Shown here one piece after another: positions 53,900-64,000 of a DNA stretch of 64,000 bases. The notes under the pieces were generated by a model. The model had not been told where the DNA came from. It did no database searches and saw only the letters and a program-made list of their open reading frames with translations. The first letter of the stretch is position 1. Every line of letters begins with the position of its first letter. This stretch comes from Lama glama (lineage: Eukaryota). The position numbers and the translations under genes are program-made. The stretch is taken from positions 18,416,001 through 18,480,000 of the forward strand of contig CM052816.1 in NCBI GenBank assembly GCA_028534125.1. The letters are read 5' to 3'.

Positions 53900-54180
53900 A
53901 CAAAGAACATTCCCCACCTCCAAGTTTCTTTTCCAAATAACCTTCCAAGGGTAGCACAGCTCTATCACCCTCATCCTTTGGTATCCATGTCCACTGACAC
54001 TCATCTCTGCATTCCAACCACAGGGAAGGGGAAAGAACAAGAGGAATCCTCTTTGGAGCATTATGCCACAATGACTGATACCTTTTCTGCTCATGTCCAT
54101 TGGTCAGAACTAAGTTGCATGATCATCCCTAGCTGAAAGGGAGGCTGGGAAACGTGGTCTGGGCTAGACAAAGGTCTTTG
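53900..54180. mobile_element. Old MaLR LTR fragment (MLT1J/K-like)
   Basis: ttctgctcatgtccattggtcagaactaagttgcatg...agctgaaagggaggctgggaaacgtggtct. Confidence 0.55.
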
Positions 54181-56804
54181 ATGAGTGAAGAAGGAGAGAA
54201 TGGATATTAGCAAACTTACAGTAGTTGATTAAACAGACAGTAAAAGAAAAGCACCTTTATTTTCATACGAAGATTGTATTTGCAGGCTTATTGTTTATAT
54301 ATAACTAGTTTGTGCTGCATTCATCATCTTCACCTTCACTGCCATCATGAACCTAGTCTAAACAAATTCTGTAAAATTCATAGGATTTTATATAAAGAAA
54401 AGTAATGTTTACTATTAATCTCAACTTACGGTGACAGAGCCCTTCAAACTCCCTGTGCTTTCCCCCACCCCAACAATCACACATGCACTCTTCAGCAAAA
54501 TTAATCTTTTATTCTGAAGTACAAATACAGGTCGCTATATTCTGTCTCTCAAAAGCATTACTTGGGTGTCCCACCTGAATGCAATTAGAAGTCTGTTCCT
54601 TGGGCACAACAGTTGGGGGTGATATTATAAGATCTAAACCAGGGCACTAAATCAGACTACAGGGTTCTTAACACTGCCACCTCTGTAAGCTATGGAATAA
54701 AAAGTATACTCTTTGGCGGGAGGGGGTGGGTATTTTCTCTTGTCAAATACATCTAGAAAACTATGCCCTTTCAACTTTCTCTGGGAAAATATTAAATGCC
54801 AACATGTTAAAGCTCCAACTTGACTGTTAATTTTGTAGGTTCTCTAAGCAACAATCCAGGCACTTGACAATTCTGGGGCAAAGGTCCAAAAGTTCAAAGA
54901 GAAAGAACAGATATTCTAATTTCTAATTTCTTAGTTGAGTTTCCCCTTTTCCTCTCCTTTGAGGCATGCAATAAAGAGATCTAATAAAGTGCTGAGCTTC
55001 AATCCAACCAATTAAGAATAGTCTTACTATATAATTTAAAGCTAAATTCTAGCATAAAAAAATCACATCTGACTCCAGTACTCTCATTCATTCAACAAAT
55101 ACTCGAGTGCTTACAGTATATGAAGAACTGCTCTAGCAGTGGGAACACAGGTCTGGCCGCAGCTTACATTCCCATGAGATGAGACAGTCTATAAACAGAG
55201 TAAAGAAAATATGTAGTATTTTGGATGGTGATAAATGATATAAAAGATGAAAAACTTTTTTTTGTTCCCCTTATCTTCTAAGATCTTATTTTCCTTCTAT
55301 TTGAAAGCTTTCCGAGAGTAATCTCCCCCTCTTTTTTTTTTTTTAATCACTGCAGCAGTTTCATTAAAATATCTGGAGAACTAAGCTTGATGTAATACAT
55401 TTTGGAAAAGTCTGCCATTAAACAAAATAAGAGAGAGCTAGCTAAGAGATGACAATGCTCTCTCAGGTGTACAGAATTCAAGAAACACTTTGGAACCAAA
55501 GCAATTCCTCTGAGAACCCTTTCAGAAAAGGAGGTACAGCTTCACCCATCATCAGCTAAATTTGTGTCAAAGAGAGGAGAGGACTGCTGGAGAGTGATGA
55601 CATGAGCAGGTTAGAAGGATAATATGCATAAATGTTAACGGTTAGCTATTGGTTTGGGATTTTTAGTTTATACTTTTCTGTACTGTTAAAAGTTCTCAGC
55701 ATTTACCTCACATTAAAGTATTATTTAATATGAAGTAGCAGGTGAGGGGAAAGGGGCAAGAGATTAAGATAAAGTATAAGGAAGCTTTCAAAATCCATCC
55801 CAAACATCAAAAAATTGCTTCATGAAAGGTCTCTCACAGGAACTACACACACATCAATCTGAAACAATATGGATAATACAATCTTAACCACCAACCAAAA
55901 TCCCCCTTCCACCTCCCACTCAACATACTTTAAGATGGAGATGTTTAAACAAGCTGTCAAAAACTCTCCTTTATATTTTCCCTGTAGCCCTTTTCCCCTT
56001 TAAAATACAACCACAAGAAGTGGTTTAGATAAAAAGAACACAAGATTTTTTTTTACCAGTTTATTAAACACAGGCTTACAAATTCAACAACTAAAAATAC
56101 TGTAATATTTAAAATGTTAAACAGGGGGAAAGCACTTTCTTATGGCCCACTGAGAGCCTTCTTATAAAATATGAACTGAATCAAAACAGCTGTAATATGG
56201 AGTAGCATCAGCCATTGAGTCTCACATCTAAAAGAAAACCGAAGCAGCTGTCACAGCTGATCTGTCACCCGAACTGTTTTGGCTATAGCAATTTGAAAAC
56301 TATTTATCTTAAATTGGAGAGAAGCCAACACCTCTCACTGTTCACTGAACTCTTTTGCCAGAACAAATGTTTTAAAAATATGCTTCTAAAAAAGCCAGCG
56401 AAGTTGCTACTAAATACCTTACTAAGTGCCTTACACTGGAAATTAAAAAGGCAAAAGAAGAAACTGATTTGCAGAAATGGATTATTTTGATGAAGCCATA
56501 GAGAATAAGAGTTTTTATATTTATTCTTTTGGGTTATCTCGTTTGGGTTTCTCCTAGTGGGGGGACATAGATTTTCACTATATCTAATTAGAATGAGTTT
56601 GTGTTTCTTGTATATAAAACACAGAAGGCGGTAAAAGTAGGCACTTGGTGGGGATGACAGAACTATTTGACTTTTAATTTTTTGAAAAAGGAGAAAATTA
56701 AGAAAAACAAGGCTAATTCACAATGTGGGTAATCAAGGGTTAATCTAAGGTCAAGTAGCATCAGAAGGAATTCCTCCAAATCAAAGAAGTAGAAGAAATA
56801 CAAC

Positions 56805-57040
56805 AGTAATAATAATAATAATAATAGTAATAATAATAAGAATTCTTATGTGGCAGGCACTATTCTAAGTACTTTAATTTTCCCCCAAATCCTATGAAGA
56901 AGACTTTTGCTTTACAGATCAGGAAACTGAGGCACAGAGTAGTTAAGCAACTTGCCTAAGGGCACAGGGTTAAGGAGGCTTGAGGCCCAGGACTTAAACG
57001 CAGCCAGGCAGACTCCAAAACCAGCTCTGCTAAGAGCTAT
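56805..57040 (-). mobile_element. MIR SINE with adjacent (AAT)n microsatellite
   Basis: (AAT)n at about 56808-56838, then ttttacagatcaggaaactgaggcacagagtagttaagcaacttgcctaagggcacag. Confidence 0.75.
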
Positions 57041-57389
57041 TCTATGTCCTAATTGTCCAGTCAAGAACTCTAATTTTAGATAGATCTAAAGAAGAGGAAC
57101 TAGCGATTAAACTAAAAAACCCCAGGCTCTAGATTCAAATCCTTTTTCAAAACAAAACTAAACTAACAAAGAAAAACACATCAACTCTCTTACAAACAGA
57201 ACAGAAAAACACATCATTCTGAGCAAACCTCATGCTGAGGGAAAAGGCAGTTTATCCATTCTCTATTGCTAGTGCACGAACACAGATAATGCAGCCACAG
57301 TAACCGATAATTTCATTTTTTTTACAACTCCACACAATGAAACATGTTAAGTTGAAACAGAATACCCCCCAAACAAACAAAAAACACAC

Positions 57390-60300
57390 ATTAAACAGAT
57401 TTGAGATTTATTAAAATAAAGTATTAGCAAACAATATGCAAAAACAAAGTTCTTAAGAGTTATGGCTTTGAAAAGCACAATATAGTAAAATCTAATATAT
57501 TTCATAAGTATCAAAAGATAACAGAATTGAAGTTGCTAGAATTTCATTTTCTACAACATAAACAGAAGCAGAATAAGTAAGAAGCAGACCTATAGTGCAG
57601 CCATTGGTTTGGTCTTTATCATCTGCATATGAAATATCTTTTTAAGAGAACATGGGCAGGTCCATACAAATACTCAGTTTCCATGATTATCATCCTACCC
57701 AATTTAATTTTCAAAATGCAACTTTAACCAACCAGGTTAAGAAGAAAAGCACTTGCCCAACTATTATCTTCAGCAGTCCCTATAGTTACAATACTTTATG
57801 AATAAATCAAAGCAACATTATCTCCAATGGTATTAGAAGGGAAAATCTGACTCTAAAAGATTTTTCTTTACTTGGGATTGTTTGGTCTTACTGGAGTTTT
57901 GTTACAGCTAAACACCAGCTGGTATTAATAAGGCACTACCTATCAATGGGGTAAAAAAACCCAAAAAACCCAAAAATCTACCTCTACACAAAATTTTAAA
58001 CTTTCAAAAAATAGTATCTTCAAATAAATTCTTAAAGGACAATGGTTTAAGATAATTTTAAGAATTTTAAGAACTGAATTATTTGAATGAGAACCACACT
58101 AACCTTTTTACTCTGCCATGAATGACAGATGAATCCTGCTCTGAGACTGGATCTTTTCAACAAAACAACTCATCAGTTGTTTTACAGCAATTGCTACCAG
58201 CAAATATTACAGCATAAGCTTTTAGAAAAAAAAAGAAACCTGATACATTTAAATCCTTCTCACTGGTTTTTGTAAATCATCCAATTTTAGGATAACATTT
58301 TGATTATAATAACTGCATTTTAGAAGACAAGTTTCTATTATGAAAATCCAAGGCAAAAAAGGCTGAACAAATACTGTTACCTCTTATAATTAGGACATGC
58401 TAACCTGCAATCCAGTGAATTACAAAGAACTGTCCAAGTTTCTGTCCAGCAGGTAGAATTATTTATGCAGAAGAAATGCCTCAAATTCTCACTCTCCATA
58501 CATGCATCTTCTGTGAGAAGAAAATCTCTCCAGATTCCCACCTGTATCAATGAGGAAAAGGCTGCTGTCCTCAGGCATCAAACCTGAGATCACCACCCCA
58601 AAAGCTGGCCTCCTTAACATCTGAGGAGACGCCCATAAACCACTACTTCAGAAAACTTCCACCCATAAAAATCACCGAACACTTCTAAAACCAACAGACT
58701 ATCTACTACCTTAAAAGGTTCTTGCTTATCTAGCTGGTGGATATGAGGACACACATCTATATTCCTACCCAAGAGACTGAGGATTTAACTACTAAGACAA
58801 AAAAGGGCTCTGACCCTTTTAAGTTAACAGGTCCAAAATTTAAATCATCATTGGAAGGTGAATTTAATAATTATCAAAAGATTCTTCCTTCTTTAGAAAG
58901 TATAAAAGATACTAATATATTTTAAGTGGGAAAGTGATAATGATCCAAAGTAGTATTAAGCAAGTAACTAGAAAAGGTATACAGAAATGGATCTAAACTG
59001 GTGTATTAGGTGCTCTCTGTAATAGAAGTATAACACTTAAACAGGTACTTTCAAACTTCAAAGTTTCTCTGCTACTGGCAGGATATCGTTTTTGTATAAA
59101 CTTTCTCCTTCAACAGAACACTATTACAGGGGAACTGTTTCCCTTCAGTACCCTAAGATAATACTGAAGATCTTACAAAGAGAGCCCCAGTCCTTACCTT
59201 GACAATAGATTTCAGATCTGAATAGTTACTGATCATTTTATATCCTAAAATGTCTTACTCCTAAATGTTATGAAAATATAACATAGCTACATTTGTACTA
59301 CTACTTTCTGTACTATTATAGGTATAGGTTTAACTATCCAGTAATCTTACTGTGGATTTCACCTCAGCCAATTCTATTATCATAGTTTCCTTATATAACA
59401 AGAAAATGTAAAAAATGATCTATATTCTGATGTATATATTTGACATTTAGATTGATGTCTTCCTTAAACTGTCTCTAAAAATTCACTTCGGTAGATCAAT
59501 AATATTGATCTAGTTTACATTCTCTAACTTAAGCCAGGTAATTATGTAGCAATGTTAGTCAAATGTACCTCCTAAATTGTTTTTTTCCCAAACATCTTTT
59601 TGTTGATTTAATTCATTACTGAGATTAATTTTGACTCTATTCCTCTTTTTGCATTTACCAAACTGGTTGTAATTTTATTATTTTCAAATTCCATCTTTTC
59701 AGCTGGCATATATACTGTACATGCCATAAATTGTGATTATTCTGGTATGTTGATGTTTTTATAATTTGACTATGAACCATTCTGGAGATTAAATAAAAAC
59801 TTTAAACTGTAATTTTCTGAAATGGTTTCTTTCAAAGGTGCTTTTTCATTGGTAGAATTTTACTTAGTTTTTAAAATCTCACTGGCAATTTTTATTTCCC
59901 ACCCATTCCTACACTGAGTATCCTCAGGAATTATAGAGGAAGCTAGATTGAATGAAGTTTGTATGTAAAATGAAGGGGTGTGGAGTTAACTTTTAGGAAA
60001 TACAACAGGTTTATACTTCTCCATGAAATTCTTAACAGTTAATGGCTTTATTGCTGTCATTCATGAGACACAATCCCTTAGGAAAAAACACAGAGAAAGC
60101 CAATCACAGAAAATCCTGCTAACCCTAAAGGTTGTTACATGAATAAAAACAATTGTTAATGAACCCAACTGAAGCATTAAAACAATTCAATAGTTTCCAC
60201 CAGTTCAAGCCCACTGAAGTTGATTACATGTATCTGTAATTCAACCTGGGTGGTTTTTCTACAAATTTGTTCCAAAGATTGTGCCTTGAGCCTAATACGT

Positions 60301-62272
60301 AAAAGAATGATGTAAATAGCTAAATTCTACCACTAAGCAAATAATTCTCTTTCATGTGGCTGACACAATTCTGGAAGATTGAGAATTCATATCATGTAAA
60401 ACTGATGTTTAAGGCTCTGGTGACAGAAAGTTTTCTCTTACCTAGCAAAGGACTGTAAGCTGAAAACACATATGGCACTTCATCTGAGAGAACTAAAACC
60501 ATCCACTGGCTGCACTTTATAAAAGCAATAAATAATGTTACAGGAACAAGAGGAATCATATTCTCCTTTCCTCAAAAAATGCATTTTTTTTCTTCATGAA
60601 AGCAGAAAGGGCAAAGCAGAAAGTCAAGCCAAACTAACATTTTAAACAGAAGATTGACATGGCTCCACGTACTTTCTAAAGGCATCAGAAAATAAGGTTC
60701 TTCTGAAAGGTAAATTAGGTCATTTTTTTCCCCAAAATAATGTCTTTGTTCTCATACCGTAATTAAGTGTCCATGTGACTGCTTCCTAGAAAAGGAGGTT
60801 AAGAGTCCTTTACTCAAAGCCCTTAAACATGATTGATTAAACAGTTATTTTAGAGTTTTCATGTCTTTTCTCTCTGAGGATTGTAAAGACAAGCATCCAC
60901 ATAGGTGCTAAAATAAAAAAAAAGGAAAAAGACAGAGGATGCATGGTAACTGAGAAAACAGTCTGTATTCTTTGATACATGAGTATTCTTTGATTTGTGA
61001 ACATTTTCATATCAGCTAGCTCAACAATCACTGCTAACTCATGTAAGCATCAGATCTGTGACCTCACCCTATGGGCCAGAATGAAGATGCTCCTATGGCT
61101 GCAGGACACAGATCCTTGCACAGGGAGATTGATGCAAGTAAGAACAATGGGATTAAGTACATGATTTTCCAACATTAATACTATCTATAAAACTGCAGGG
61201 AATTTAAAAGGCACCTTAAGTTGGAGCTATAAAATAACAGTCTTACAATGTAGGTTGAAAATACAACAAAAGATAGAAAAAGCGTAACTTCCTACAACTT
61301 TAATCTATAAATTGCAGTGTTTGTTAATACAAAAAGGGTACCAAAAAAGTAAGGATGAGCATCTAAGTCCAAGTCACTTGAGTGTGTTTCACAAAAGGTT
61401 ACATTAAAAACTGTCACCCATCAAAGTGCAAAATAAAAGATTAATGCATGCCAAGATTAGAGTTCTTACAACATTGGCCAAAAGCAGCAAATATAGCTGA
61501 ACAAGGCCGTGCACGCACTGTCACTAGCTATAAAGTAGTTCTTATGACAGATTCTGAATAAATGACATACTGGAGATCTGTTGTTTGCAATAATTCTTTT
61601 CTAAAAAGGAAATGTTTTACAAAGATATACTGAATCAAGTCACAATACACTGACAAACATTTAGCTGTATTAAATGTAAATTTTATGATGTCATTTAGAA
61701 AACTTTCACTTTGCTTTCACTGAACACTACTTGTTAGAGCAGTGCATGGTGTTCCTTCAAAAAAGATTTTTTTTATAGTTTCTTTTAAGCCCTACCATAT
61801 GCTTTTATAAAACAATGAATTACACTTTTTTAAAGTCGGTAGGACAAAGAAACTGGCAAAAGTATAGCTTCTGAAGAATCAAGAATAGAAGGGAAGACTT
61901 TTCACTGAACACCCTCTTCCATTGTTATAATTTATCATGTGATGTATTACTTTTCAAAAAAAATTAACAAAAAAATTGTTGGAACAATAAGGCAAAAAGT
62001 ATGTTCCAGGTTAAGATCAATGCTAAACTTCTGAACTGGGGCACAATACTTACTCTGCATCTTTCACAACACTTTTGAGAGTTAATCACATGAACATGAA
62101 TACAAACAAATGTAGATTTATCACAAAATACAAATGTATTGGTCACAATTATGTAGAAAAAAAACAGGTTGTAACATCTGTTTTCCATGTAAGCTCACAG
62201 TATCTGTACTGAAAGTTTCCCTAAAATTAAAACAAGTCCACTAATAATGTAGTTGAAAAATATACTTCTGCA
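57390..62272 (-). other. SMAD5: SMAD5 long 3' UTR (about 4.9 kb)
   Basis: AT-rich sequence with no repeats I could recognise, running from the stop to an AATAAA (tttatt at 57407-57412 on +) followed by a GT-rich element. Confidence 0.75.
57407..57412 (-). terminator. Candidate major SMAD5 polyadenylation signal
   Basis: Minus strand reads AATAAAtctcaaatctgtttaa followed by TGTGTGTTTTTTGTTTGTTTGG, i.e. the hexamer plus a GU/U-rich downstream element. Confidence 0.7.
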
Positions 62273-62416
<144 letters not shown>

Positions 62417-63710
62417 CTATGGAAATGAATAGCACAGCAAAATGCTCTTTAAACTGTCAATCAGTCTAAATCAATTTTAACACAGTAACAAAAATACACT
62501 TTAACAGTAGAGATATGTAGAATATACTTAAAGGAAAAACTACCATAAAAACCAATCTTAGCATTCACTATGGAATTAAAAGCAACACAATAGTTGCATC
62601 ATTATATTAACATATAAGCCCCTGGAGCAAGATATGTTAAGTTCACAGTAGATTTTGTTAACAAAACGTATTTGATTTTCAGGTTTTTTTCTTTGAGTAT
62701 CAGATAAGGCACTGTAGATGTGATCAATGCATATAAATGTAATTAAAGTGGCAATCACATATCATTATCTTTTAAGATGGGAAAATACTGGGATGAACTG
62801 AGCTGGAACACTTCAGCTTAAAACTCCAAAGAGTAAAACAGAGTTTTTTCACTTTTATTTGCCTGGATTTATCAAGCTCCCTGCTTTACTGCTTATAGTA
62901 GTTCTGGCCTAGGAAAATTAGGCAGGTGTGGCAGGGGTGAAATGGGGGTAGTAGATTAAATATGCAAAAGTCAAGTCTCTATAGCGGGGAAGGGAAATGC
63001 CTTCAGGACTATTGATAAACTGCTGCATAAACGGACCTATAACAAAGCAGCAAGGAAAATACTGGGTTGTGGGACTGTGGGCCAAAAAGAAAAAAACTAC
63101 ACACAGCATTTGACACTAACTCTTCTTTTGCTAAATCCTAACGATCAAGTCGACACAGCCTAAGTTGTTTAAATATATCACTAAAATTCTTTCCAGATTT
63201 TGCTCATGAACCATCATCTTTGGAATGCCAATAAAATTAGGCCAAGAGCAAATGATAAACTTGAAAAGTTCTTTGAACCAAACTTCCTTAAAAATAAATT
63301 CTTAGTAACAGAGCTTAGACACAAGGAAAACAATTTTAGTACTGTAAAGAATTCTTTCAGTCAATCTAATGGATCTAATAATATCTGAAACTACTGAAGC
63401 TAAGGAACTTAAGCAATTCTAATATTAAATACTTTCTGTTATTTAGTCTTTAACTGAGATCGTTATAAACTCAGCCTCTATTCAATATCAAAATTAGTAT
63501 CTGTATCAGGCTCTTTGTAATGTCTGGATTATAAAATAATCTAAGACCAATCATGTCATTTAAATTATAAATTAAAGAATTTTATTTAAAAACTTATTAA
63601 ATCAGGTCAAAAGTAATTACCACCTTTCACCTAACAAAGACTTCTAAAAATTTTAACCTACAAACTTATAATATACACATTTACAGTGACTCAAATTAAG
63701 CTACAGGTCA

Positions 63711-63980
<270 letters not shown>

Positions 63981-64000
63981 TTAAAAAGACAGGCAGTACA

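Overview
Mammalian genomic DNA, most likely a camelid (alpaca/llama/camel). The basis for that is an intact tRNA-derived SINE with Vic-1-like architecture. The window is the syntenic TRPC7-SMIM32-SMAD5 block. It holds: (1) the last six coding exons and 3' UTR of TRPC7 on + (422-28952), all with GT-AG junctions and consistent phases; (2) the intronless 103-aa small membrane protein gene SMIM32 on + (48503-48814) in a CpG island; (3) the last two coding exons and a long, AT-rich 3' UTR of SMAD5 on - (63979 down to about 57390, possibly further). The rest is intron or intergenic DNA with MIR, L2, L1, MLT1 and hAT relics. I found no new multi-gene system, and nearly all ORFs in the supplied track are spurious. 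The best second-look items are: a tailless 39-nt 5S rRNA retrocopy with an 18-bp TSD nested in an MLT1 LTR; a perfect-Kozak uORF and a long stop-free in-frame leader ahead of SMIM32; a full-length MER41-like solo LTR with decayed GAS sites; a frame-symmetric 81-nt TRPC7 exon paralogous to the one skipped in TRPC3c; a strong CTCF site just past the TRPC7 3' end; and tandem poly(A) and miRNA sites in the SMAD5 3' UTR. Repeat family names come from recalled consensus sequences, not from a database search.
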